Source: Nageia nagi
Lineage: Eukaryota; Plantae; Pinophyta
Direction: 5' to 3'
DNA length: 64,000 nucleotides
Assembly: GCA_050084985.1 (NCBI GenBank)
Contig: JBITNC010000001.1
Location: 144,646,001 to 144,710,000, forward strand
This document shows positions 29,201 through 41,008 of this stretch, one piece after another; the first letter of the stretch is position 1, and every line of letters starts with the position of its first letter. The notes beneath the pieces were generated by a model. The model was given only the letters and a program-made list of their open reading frames with translations, did no database searches and was not told where the DNA came from. The translations under genes and the position numbers were made by a program.

Positions 29201-32200
29201 AATCTTGTCATAACTTGATCAATCTCTTGTGATTGAATTCTTGTAAGTCTTCTATAAAAATTTGCATCTAACATTTGAGAAGATAGATGGCTTGAAAGAA
29301 TTATTTTACCTTTATTTGTCTTCACACTACTTGGAGAATCATCATCATTCATTGAAGGGCTTGAAGGATTTAAAGAAAAACTTGTAGAAGTCCTTTGTGG
29401 ACTGGGAATGGAAAGCGTTTGCTTGCAGTTTGAACATTAGATTACACATTTGAGAAGCTTGCATCATTGAATTCATCACCAATATAAAGTTTTTGATGAC
29501 CATGTTCATCTCATTCATCAAAAATTAAAATTGCATCTCTAGAAACCACTACCTTGTGAGTTTTTGGATTATAAAGCTTATAGGTTGTGGTATCTTTACA
29601 ATACATAATAAAAATACGTGCCTCATTTTTTGGATCAAGTTTTATTATCTATTCATTAGGTACATGTGCATAAGCTAAGAAACCAAAAATTCTAAAATGA
29701 TTTACATTTGGTTTCTTTTCATACCATGCTTCATATGGAGTGATGTCATCCAAGGTGCTAGTAGCAATTCTATTCAAAATGTAGATTGTTTTCCTAACCA
29801 CATCAGCCCAATGCTTATTGCTTAATCTCTTTGTTTGTAGCATGCTCCTTGTCATCTCAATAATGGTTCCATTCTTCCTTTTGGCCACACCATTTTGTTA
29901 TGGAGTATAGACAATTGCGAGTTGCCTTTTAATTCCATAATCGAAATTCATTTGAACAAAATTCTCCACCTCTATCAATCCTTAAACATTTTGCATAACA
30001 TCCACTTTGATTTTCAACAAGATTTTTGAAATCTTTAAAACAATCAAATGCCTCATCTTTGGTTTTCAAGAAGTAAATACAACACATTCTTGAAAAATAA
30101 TCAATAAAAGTAACAAAGTATGAATCCTTACCTAAAATTTTAGTTTGCATTAGCCCACATATGATGGAATGCACCAATTGTCGTGCATAAAATGCCCTCC
30201 ATGGTTTCCCTTTAGGAAAACTTATCCTTGAGTGCTTTCCCAAAGCACATCCTTCACACACATTTTTTATGATCCTCAACCTTAGGTAGCCCATACACCA
30301 TTTATTGAGATGTCAACAATCTTCAACTAATGAAGTTTCAATGACCATACCATAAATGCCATAGCAAGCTTTTATTGTCAATAGCAACATTTGCAAGTTG
30401 GACTCATTGTCCACCAAAGTTTAAAGGAAATAGATTATTTTTACTCATAGGGGCTATTGTGACCAACCTATTACCATGATTCTTGTCAACGATTGTTAGA
30501 AATTGAGTTGGGTTGACCAAGAAATTCACTTGTTCTCATCATTTTGTCTGAGTTACTAACAAAACGCAATAGGTTAGGTTGTTTCATCAAGAAACGCAGG
30601 TGTGTTTTGTACTCAGCACATTTCAATTCCAGAATGTGGGGGCGTTTCTCAAATGTTGGCACGCATGTTTCATCACAATTTTTGGCATCTTTCCAGTTTT
30701 AATGCATTTTGACATTTTCTTAGCTTGTTTGACCAGCATATTTCATGTGAATTATCATTGTAATCATTTGGAACATGTAGGAATGTAGTGTACTTGTTTG
30801 TTAGTGTATTCACAAGTATTTTACATTATTTTCTAGTAGATTTAGTTATTGTACATGAGAATATCATTCTCAAACAACAGTCTTTGTAATTTATATCCAT
30901 CAGTGAATTATTAATATGTAATATTTCATTTGTGAGCTTATTTCTCATTATGGTATCAGAGATTGTTGATATTTTGGGTTAGAGAGAGATTGTGGGAGTT
31001 TTGTGAAAATCTACCAAGTTTTTGCAAAAGCTTGTGCCCAAGCTTCCAATTGTGCATTTCTTGTTGTTTTGCAATCTACAATGGATGGCAACAAATAATT
31101 CATATCTCTTCTTGAGTTTAATGGTGAGGACTATTAGTATTGAAGTATTAAAATGAAGGCTCTACTCATAGGCAAAGGCATTTGGGATATAGTTGAAGAT
31201 AGTTACATTGAACCTGTTGGTTGGAGCACTCTTATTGCCAGTGAGAAGATTGTAAGGAAGGAGGCTCAAAAAAAGAATAACTTTGCATTGTATTACCTTC
31301 AATCAAGCTTGGAGAAGAGTATCCTTCCAAGAATTGCCTCATGTACTACAAACAAAGAAGCGTGGAAGGCATTGAAGGATGGGTACCAAGGTAGTGATCA
31401 AGTGAAGTAAATCAAGCTTCAAACTTTGAAAAGAGAGACGCAGAGAATGTAGGAGACTATTGTGTAAGAGTAAAAGCTTGTGTAAACAAGATCAAAACCC
31501 TTGGTGAGGAATTGAATACTGAAAAATGTTATGAAGAAGGTGTTGAGATCTCTTCTGCCCAGATGGAACCATGTGGCCATCATAATAGAAAAGAGCAAGG
31601 ACTCGAGTTCTCTTGATTATGATTAATTGATTGGTAAACTAATGTTCCATGAAGAAAGGCTACAAGAAACTATATTATCAAATGTTGGTGGTGTTGAAGA
31701 GAAGGCTTTTGCATCAAAAGAAGGTGATACTAGCACAAGTGGTCACGATGGAGGCCAAGGGAGAGGACAATCTCCTTCAAGAAGGAGATGAAGAGGAAGA
31801 GGTGACAAACAAAATAAGCAATGTTACTATTGCAATAAGTCTGGTCCCTATGAGAGGGAATGTAGATTGAAGGCTTTTGAAGGAGGAGGAGTACAAATTA
31901 TGGAGAAGAGAAAGAATTTTAAAACTTATTTTTGATTTATCGCAAGTCTGATTAGAATTTGAAAGAGGCATGGATACTTGATACGGGCTACTCCAACCAC
32001 ATGAACGAAAAGAGAGAGTTGTTTTCTACCATGAACAACTCATACAAGTCTAAGATAAAGCTTGAGATGACATGGCCTTGCATGTTGAAGGCATTGGACC
32101 TATGGAGTTGCACACCAAAGTAGGTAAAAAGAAAGTAAATGGCATTTACCACACTCCAAATTTGAAACACAATTTGTTGAGTGTTGGTCAAATCATGGAA

Positions 32201-32696
32201 AAGAATTATAAGCTTGTTCTTGAAGATGGAAAATGTGTAATATTTGACAAGAATAATGGTCATAGGGTGGTCACAATAGTTCCTATGACAAAAAATAGAA
32301 TGTTTTCATTAAAATTTGGAGGACAAGGAGTTAATCCAAAAGTTGGTTGTGGACCTTAGATACAATCATTTGAACTTCACAAGTATGAGATTGTTAACAT
32401 CTAAAGAAATGGGAAATGGTTTACCAAAAGTTGAAAATCACAAAGGAGTTTATGAAGGTTGTGCTTTGGAAAAACACTCAAGATCAAGTTTTCCAAGAGA
32501 AAAAGCATGGAGAGCCTCTTCTCCACTACAATTGGTGCATCCTGACATATGTGGGCCAATGCAAACACAAAATTTGGGTAAGAATTCCTACTTTCTTACT
32601 CTAATAGATGATTTCTCAAGAATGTGTTGGGTTTATTTGTTGAATACCAGAGATGAAGTTTTTGAATGCTTTAAGGAATTTAAAAATCATGTAGAA

Positions 32697-34405
32697 AGAA
32701 AGAAATAAATAAATAATATTAATGTCCACAAGTGACCAAAAGGGGTCAATGGGATTGAAGAGTGTACAAGTCTAGAGTAGCTTGAAAGGGCATAATGGCC
32801 CTCATTTAAAACAAACTAAAAATCAAAGAACAAAATAGGGACTGGTCCCTAGAAAGGGGTAAGCAGACAAACAAAAAAGCATAAGGAAAAGGTCTCTCAT
32901 GATCTATTTGACCATGCCATCCTGAACTGATTTGTGATCTGTGTCGATGTCATTGCGACTAAAGAATGTTGTGATCCACTACGACCTCACAGAACTAAGG
33001 TCGACATGCACCTGGTATGTCGAGTATGATGAGGTGGGTCCTCCACCTCTGAACATCCTCTCCTGAGGCAACATGGAAGAAAGAGGTAATCAAGCAATCT
33101 CCTATTGGGTGTTGAGAGTCAGATAATAGATGCTTCCTGAGAAAGAAAGTCTCTCTGAGATAGAGTGCTAAACATCGATGGTCCGAGAACTAGAAGAATG
33201 TCAAGATCGAGCCATGTGTGTCGTGAAAAAGATAGTGGTATGGCCCCAAGATCTCATAATAGACCAAACATCAGAAGATGAAATGATCTTCAATCTCAGG
33301 CTCTATTAAGCATAACCAACATACTAGGAGTTCACGTGCTAAGTGGTGATCTAACTCAATCCGAAGCCGATGGGAGCACACTTTGAATTGGCCCAGGAAC
33401 ATCCACAAGCCAATAGGGAGGTGTAAACTGACGTAAGCCAAAGGTCGAATCAACCCTCTGTCAATCCTCAGGAAGTGATGTGAGTAGTGTAACAACTTGG
33501 GTGTGAGGAGAGACTAGGGGGTAACCCAAGTGCATCGAATATAAGCCCTGTAAAGCATGTCTCTAATCAAAGCCAATGTGACCTTAGGATCCCTGTCAAA
33601 GTCGTCTTAAAGTATAGGTAGTTGGTCCAGTGAAAACCTGAAAAGATGCAATGCCTCAAAGACCTCAGAAAACCAACACCAATGACAACCCTGAATTGTC
33701 AAGTCCATGGATGATGCCAAGGCTCTATAGGGGAGTTGGTCAACTTGACCCATAGAAGCAAAGGCATGGAGACAATCGAGAAAGAGGACCATCAATGCAA
33801 GGGAATGTATTTGTAAAGGGGGGCAGCCAACCTCTGCTAGCATAACGTGGTGTGGAACAGACCTTTTGCTCTGAATAGAGCGGGATAGGGTGCCAACCAA
33901 AAGCCTCTCGACTGTGGCCCAATTCGAGCTCCTCAAGCTAGGGCTCCAAACCTTAGAACCATATAGCACTGTGGGAGTGACCAAGGTGTGGAATAACTGG
34001 AGCTTGGATGGTATATCCTGAAAATGGAGCTGGACACATTGTCTCTCCATGGAGGAAACTGTTGTATATTTGTGCTAAACTCGAGGTGGGGTTATCGCTC
34101 GCATAGAGAATCGAGGTTTCGTGAAGAGCACTCCCAAGTAGGTGTAAGATGTGGCAACCTCAATGGCCCTATATTTGTAAGTGATATGAGTCTGATCAAC
34201 AACGACCTTCAAGGTGTTGAAGACCACAATATTGGTTTTATTGAGATTAACGACCAAATCTTGTCTGGTGCTAAACAACTCGAGGGTATCTATCAAACAC
34301 TGAAGACCCTCTGCAGTGTGTGAGTAGTACAATATCATCGACAAAGAGGATGATGGGGACACAAGTGCGGTGGAGAAGACACCCGGTGTCAATGCTCGCA
34401 GTCTC
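32697..34405 (-). mobile_element. 5'-truncated non-LTR retrotransposon (RTE/CR1-like RT C-terminus) inserted in copia integrase
   Basis: GLQCLIDTLELF..DLVVNLNKTNIVVF, YTYLGVLF and KLQLFHTLVTPTVLYGSKVW. Higher GC than flanks. 3' end is a TTTA/TTTC microsatellite. Host integrase resumes as YYVKCSRIGRGQEFCSN. Confidence 0.85.
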
Positions 34406-34669
34406 AAGTATAAGTGAATATTATGTAAAATGCTCAAGGATTGGTAGAGGACAAGAATTTTGCTCAAATGAATTCCTCCAATTTTGTAAAGATTATGGAA
34501 TCAAAAGGCAACTCACGGTTGTCTATACTCCACTACAAAATGGTGTGGCTGAGTGCAAGAATAGAACCATTGTTGAAATGGTTAGAAGCATGCTTCAAAC
34601 TAAAAAATTGATAAATATGTATTGGGTTGATGCGGTTAGGATATCAATTTATATCTTGAATAGGAGTCC

Positions 34670-35172
34670 TGTGAGAATTAGCACTACTCTAATTCCCAAG
34701 GTCCAAGACTATAGAAAGCTCAATCACATTCAACATGCAACACCTACAAGCTACTAACACATTCACACAATATGACACCAATATAATGTGGTTCCTCCCT
34801 CCTTGGGAGTACATCCACAACTAGTTCTCTATTCTCAATCTATGCCTCTCTTACAACTATTCTCTTGCTCTCTCCTACACAACCAAGTAGAGTAATCTTA
34901 CTTCAAAACTTAGATGTGTTTACAAGAGGAGAGGCCCTCTATTTATAGCTTGAGAGCACCTCCCTAACCTCCCTTTAACCCAAGGGTAAGGTTAGGGTTA
35001 CAATAAATGTGTGACCTAACTTTAACCTACCAACTAACCCCATGGTTAGGTCAAAGTCCACACATAATAAAGAATTCAATTAATCCCTTAAGGTATCTAC
35101 ATATCCTTTAAGTGATTAATTGAACTTACAAGGAGTTTAGATATTCACAATATTTCATTACAAATTCTAACA
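34670..35172 (-). repeat. 3' LTR of the young copia
   Basis: TG...CA, direct repeat of 40506-41008. Confidence 0.97.
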
Positions 35173-35642
35173 CTCCCCCTTAATGCAATATTGGGATAGA
35201 GCGTAGAAGAAAGAAGAGAGAGAGTAAGAGAGAGTTCTCCTCCATAGAGATACAAGTGGAGATGAGAACATTTACATATTTGAGAATCTTTTTGAGAACT
35301 AGTATGAGACTCACTACATTACCATTTGACAAAATGGTTTACAATACAATCATTAACCACAACTGGTTTCACTGTACATAGTAGTCGATCAACTTTAAGC
35401 TGACATGTGAGTCTCCATGAGCTTGCTTTCACAAGGTGAGTAACCTGCATTTCTGAAGAAGATCCTGCATGCTACAAGCAACTCATGAACAAAATCAGTT
35501 AGATGCATCATATATTCAAATAAGAGAATCAAATAATGCTATCTTATAAATAACTGATTAATGGTGCATTATAAGTCATCACGGAGATGCCAAGCCATCA
35601 CTCATAGTCACCTGTTGTATATAGACATGTGTTGATTATTAA

Positions 35643-36082
35643 TAGAGCATAAAAATTGTACGAGTTTCTCACGTAGAGCTAACTCACCATGGAGGTATAG
35701 AGCATAAAAATTGTACGAGTTTCTCATGCAGAGCAAACTCACCACGAAGGTATAGAATGTACAACAAGTTCGTCACGCAGAGCGAACTTACCACGGAGGT
35801 ATATTAATTATATGCTCAAAAATTGTACAATGAGTTTCTCACGCAGAGCAAACTCACCACGGAGGTATAGAGCATAAAAATTGTACGAGTTTCTCACGCA
35901 GAGCAAACTCACCACGGAGGTATAGAATGTACAAGTTCGTCACGCAGAGCGAACTTACCACGGAGGTATATTAATTATATGCTCAAAAATTGTACAACGA
36001 GTTTCTCACGCAGAGCAAACTCACCACGGAGGTATAAAATGTACAAGTTTGTCACGCAGAGCAAACTTACCACGGAGGTATA
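35643..36082 (-). repeat. Array of 8 hairpin-containing units (46-66 bp) in the copia 3' non-coding region
   Basis: Core (G/A)AGTT(T/C)(C/G)TCACGCAGAGC(A/G)AACT(C/T)ACCACGGAGGTATA repeated 8 times with three spacer types. Confidence 0.95.
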
Positions 36083-36155
36083 TCATAATCAACACACACT
36101 ATATACAACAACAAAAGAGCCTCTTAAAGGTGAAGTTGTCATCATTAACAAAGGT

Positions 36156-39100
36156 TCAAACTTCACTCCCCCTTGAGGGCAACTTCACCAACCCGAGAGA
36201 ATCCCTAAGCTTACTGAACTGAGCTTCAGGAAGGGGCTTGGTGAATAGATCAGCGGAGTTTTCAGTAGATGGACAATACTCCAAGTGTATGATGTCATCT
36301 AGAACCTTCTCCCTGATAAAATGGGCTTGGATTTCCACATGTTTGGTTCTCTGATGGAACACAGGATTCTTAGCCAAAGAGATAACCGATTGATTATCTG
36401 AAGAAATAAGAGATGGGCCATTTTGCTTATACCCAATTTCGTTCAGAAGATGTCTTAGCCAAATAGCTTCTTGGGCAGCAACAGACATGGCTCGATATTC
36501 GGCTTCGGTGGTAGAAAGAGTCACAGTAGGTTGCTTCTTGGAAGCCCAAGAGATAGCACCTGAACCAATGCTGAACACATATGCAGAGGTTGATTTTCTG
36601 TCATCTCTATCTCCCCCATAATCAGAATCTGAGAACCCTGAGAGAACAATTGAGGGCACTTTGGAATACTTAAGAGCAAGATCCTTTGTCCCTGCCACAT
36701 ACCTCAAGATTTGCTTCACAGCATTGAGGTGTTCAACATATGGTTTTTGCATGAATCGTGCCATCAAATTCACTACAAAGGTAATATCAGGACGAGAGAT
36801 AGTCAGATACAGAAGACTACCGATCAATTGCCTATAAGCTGTAGCATCAGCCAACTGAGAATCTGAGCTCAGTGATACAACGATTCCAGGAGAAATAGGT
36901 ATTGCAGCATATCTACACTCCTCCATTCCAAACTTTTGCAAGATGTGTGATATATACTTAGATTGACTAAGATAAGTACAATCTTTGTGTTGGTATACTT
37001 GCATTCCAAGATAGTAATGCAATAGACCTAGATCAGTCATTTCAAATGTTGCCTTCAGTTTGGATATGCACTCTTGGATGATTTCAATATTGTTGCCTGT
37101 TATGAGAAGATCATCCACATAAAGAAGAATTAAGACCATGTCTTTTCCTTGATTGAGTACATAGAGATCTGAGTCGGAGAAGCACTTGGAAAAACCAATA
37201 TCTGCAAAGAATCCTGAAATTTTCTTGTACCATGCTCTAGGTGCTTGTTTAAGTCCATACAAAGACTTCTTTAGCTTGCACACAAGAGACTCTTTTCCTT
37301 CTGGAATAAATCCTTCTGGTTGATTCATGTAGATTTCAACATCCAAGTCACCATTGAGAAATGCACTCTTGACATCAAGTTGGAAAACTTTCCAACCTTG
37401 AGCTGCAGAAAGAGCAAGGATTATCCTAACAGTAGGCATTTTGGCCACAGGAGCAAAGGTTTCCTCATAATCAATACCATATTTCTGAGCGAATCCTTTG
37501 GCCACTAACCTTGTTTTGTATTTTTCAACTTCTCCATCAGAATTGTACTTGACCTTGTATATCCATTTATTTCCAATCACATTTTTCTCATTGGGATAAG
37601 GAACCAAATCCCAAGTTTCATTTTTCATGAGTGCCTCATACTCAATTTTCATAGCTTCCATCCAACATTCTTGCTTGGAAGCTTCTTTGAATGTTGATGG
37701 CTCATTCATATTATCAATTTTGGCAAATAAGGATTTATTCAAGGTCATACTTCTTGTAATTCTTTGAGCTGGAGAATTTTGCTCTTGTGGTGACTTCCCT
37801 ACATGATCATCCAACCAGTTAGGTGCAGGTGTAGAATCTTCTGAATCAGACACCTCAGCATGAGAAGTCGTATACTCAGGAAGTTCATTGAACTTGACAT
37901 CCCTAGAAACAAAGACTATTTTATGGGATGAGGAGTAGAGCTTGTAACCTCTATGCTGATTATCATACCCCACAAAGATGCATTTTTCTGATCTTTTGTC
38001 TAGCTTCTTTCTTTTCTCTGAGGTAATGAAGACAAATGCATCACATCCAAAGACCCTGAAGTGTGAAATGTTAGGTTTCTTTCCTGTCCATTCTTCATAC
38101 GGAGTTTTTCCTTCAACTGCTTTAGTAGGACACCTATTTAGGGTGTGAATAGCAGTGTGAACAGCTTCTCCCCATAAGAAACTAGGAAGGTTACCCAACA
38201 TGCATCTTGCCATTTCCATAATGGTGCGATTCTTTCTTTCAGCGACTCTATTTTGCTGAGGGGTTAAGGGATTGTGAATTGTCGCTTGATCCCATGTTTA
38301 ACACAATAGTCATTAAACTCATTACTATTATACTCACCCCCATTGTCAGATCTTAGCATTTTGATCTTAAAATCAGTTTGATTTTCAACAAGTGCCTTGA
38401 AGTCTTTAAATCGGTCAAAAGTTTGATCCTTGTGCTCAAGTAGATAACCAAATGTCATCCTACTGAAGTCATCAATGAAGGTCAGAACATAAGAATCTCC
38501 TCCTAGAGAGTTAGTCTGAAATGGACCCATCAAATCTGAATGCACAAGCTGAAGAGGACGAGTAGCCCGAGTTGCCTTATCCTTTTCAAACTTTTGCCTA
38601 TTCATCTTTCCAAGAATGCACCTTTCACAAAGACCAATTGTGGGTGAAATATTAGGTAAACCTTCCACAAGTTCTTGATTTTTCATATCTTGAATACTCT
38701 TGTGGTTAAGGTGCCCTAATCGTTGATGCCAAAGATTACCTTTTGAACACACATTTGTAGCAAGACAAATCTTTGAAGGTACTTGATCCACAATATAAAG
38801 GTCATTCTTTACTGATCCTTTCATCAAAGTGGCAAGTCCTTTCTTAACACACCAGGAGTGTGAGGTAAACTCAAATGAGCATCCTGTCCTTGTAATCTGA
38901 ATTACAGAGATAAGATTCATCCTTAGCTTAGGCACATAAAAGACATTATCAAGCGCCTTTCCATGAATCTTCACATTCCCTATTCCTTGAACATCAAGGA
39001 CTGTATTATCACCTATCACAACTGTATCCTTGTTGTACTTATGAAAATTTTCAAACTTATCCTTTTCATAACACATGTGATTAGTGCATCCTGAATCAAT

Positions 39101-40071
39101 AATCCAATCATTTGAAATAGTTTGAGTCATTGAGTAGTAGGCAACAGAAGCAGCATGCTTGTTCTTCTTTTTATTATTGAAATTTCTCACATTTGCATTT
39201 CCCTTTCCTTTTTGAGCAAATTTCTTTTTGCAATAATCATACTCTTTGTGCCCAAAGATGCCACAGAAGTTACAATTCCCATCAAACTTTTCTTGCGGTG
39301 TTGGTTTGCTTGATCCAGCTTTGTCATTCCTTTGCTTGAAGTTGCCATTATTGTTGCCCTTGTTCTCATACTTCCTGAAGGTAGATGAGGATTTGTTATC
39401 TTTGAATTTATAATATTTGAACGTCTTCTTGAAAGGAGTTTTGGTTGCTCCTAGAGCAATGCTATTATCCTTTGGAGAAATGTTCAACATTTTCTTGTTC
39501 AAAGTTTCCTCATGCTTCAGAAGGAGTCTAGAAAGATTGTCAAGGGAGATAACATCTTCATCATCATCGAGCCTTGTCTCCATAACTGTGACAAAGTTAC
39601 TGAACTTTGTAGAGAGGCTTTGAAGAATAATGAAGACCATGAACTCATCATTGATCCAATTACACCCACAGCCAACCAGTTGTGTCCTTAGGTCAATGAT
39701 TTTGTTCAAGTAGATTGAGGCACTTTCATCTTCTCCTTGACGATACTGCAACAACTTTTGTAAAATGGTGAATCTTCTTGAAAATTTGGACCCAAGGTAA
39801 ATTTCTTTAGTCTGTCCCAAGCTTCTTTTGCTGATGTCGAGGAAGAAATCATGAGAAGGATGTCATCTGAAACTGCACGATAGATCATTGAGGTTGCTAA
39901 CTCATTCTTTGAGTTGTAAATTTCAAGGGCCTTCTCATCTGTAGGAGCAACTAGATCTTCATTTACTGTCTGCCACAGCTTCCTTGCCTGTAACTCAACT
40001 CTCATATGAGGTTCCCATATGCCGTAGTTGGAACCGTCGAGTATGTGCTTGGGTATGAAGGTTTCAACCAT
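36156..40071 (-). pseudogene. Copia gag-pol polyprotein with two 1-nt frameshifts (ORFs 39706-40071, 38264-39820, 36156-38219)
   Basis: Zinc knuckle CNFCGIFGHKEYDY(C), protease WIIDSGCTNHM, integrase LRSDNGGEY, RT QLDVKSAFLNG and LYVDD, RNase H GFSDSDYGG and ADLFTKPL. Confidence 0.95.
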
Positions 40072-40505
40072 TGTCTATACAAAAAATAATATGCAATAAG
40101 AATGCAAATTTTTACAAGTTTCCATCTATACAAATCAAACATAAGTAAACATGTCCCACATGTGCAAACTTATAACCACGATCCGTAGATGAATAATGTT
40201 GGGGTTGTTTTCTTGTGTAGAATTAGGCCTTCACCTGGATGCTCGCAAGGTGGAGCCCAGGTACTACCAGTCCTCAACTAGTTCACCTTGGTCAGTAATA
40301 TACTCTCACAAGGAGAAGTACCAACTATTTTCCAAGGATCCGACGTATCTTGGACCGACCATTTTAGACTAAGTCTCTAGGGGGAGCTTCTTATGTTCTG
40401 ACCTTCATTGATGACTTCAGTAGGATATGAACAAAACACAGAGAAAGCTCGCAGCCTCCTCCCTCGCGCGCAGCTGTCTCCTCCTCTCTCTGCTCTGATA
40501 CCAAT

Positions 40506-41008
40506 TGTGAGAATTAGCACTACTCTAATTCCCAAGGTCCAAGACTATAGAAAGCTCAATCACATTCAACATGCAACACCTACAAGCTACTAACACATTC
40601 ACACAATATGACACCAATATAATGTGGTTCCTCCCTCCTTGGGAGTACATCCACAACTAGTTCTCTATTCTCAATCTATGCCTCTCTTACAACTATTCTC
40701 TTGCTCTCTCCTACACAACCAAGTAGAGTAATCTTACTCCAAAACTTAGATGTGTTTACAAGAGGAGAGGCCCTCTATTTATAGCTTGAGAGCACCTCCC
40801 TAACCTCCCTTTAACCCAAGGGTAAGGTTAGGGTTACAATAAATGTGTGACCTAACTTTAACCTACCAACTAACCCCATGGTTAGGTCAAAGTCCACACA
40901 TAATAAAGAATTCAATTAATCCCTTAAGGTATCTACATATCCTTTAAGTGATTAATTGAACTTACAAGGAGTTTAGATATTCACAATATTTCATTACAAA
41001 TTCTAACA
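40506..41008 (-). repeat. 5' LTR of the young copia
   Basis: TG...CA, adjacent to the tRNA-Met PBS; TATA-like CTATAAATAG on the minus strand at ~40775-40784. Confidence 0.97.

Larger units (their letters stand above)
34670..41008 (-). mobile_element. Young full-length Ty1/copia retrotransposon (6339 bp)
   Basis: 503-bp LTRs with one mismatch seen, perfect TSD AGTCC (34665-34669, 41009-41013), PBS TGGTATCAGAGC at 40492-40503, PPT at 35173-35181, domain order gag-PR-IN-RT-RH. Confidence 0.97.

Noticed and set aside
35660-36030. Hammerhead ribozyme (CTGCGTGAGAAAC on the minus strand)
   Set aside because: Lacks the CUGANGA core and a stem II; the GAAAC is part of the hairpin stem and is absent in type B units.
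35643-36082. CRISPR-like repeat/spacer appearance
   Set aside because: Spacers are short and recur (A/B/C types), there are no cas genes, and the array lies inside a eukaryotic retrotransposon.
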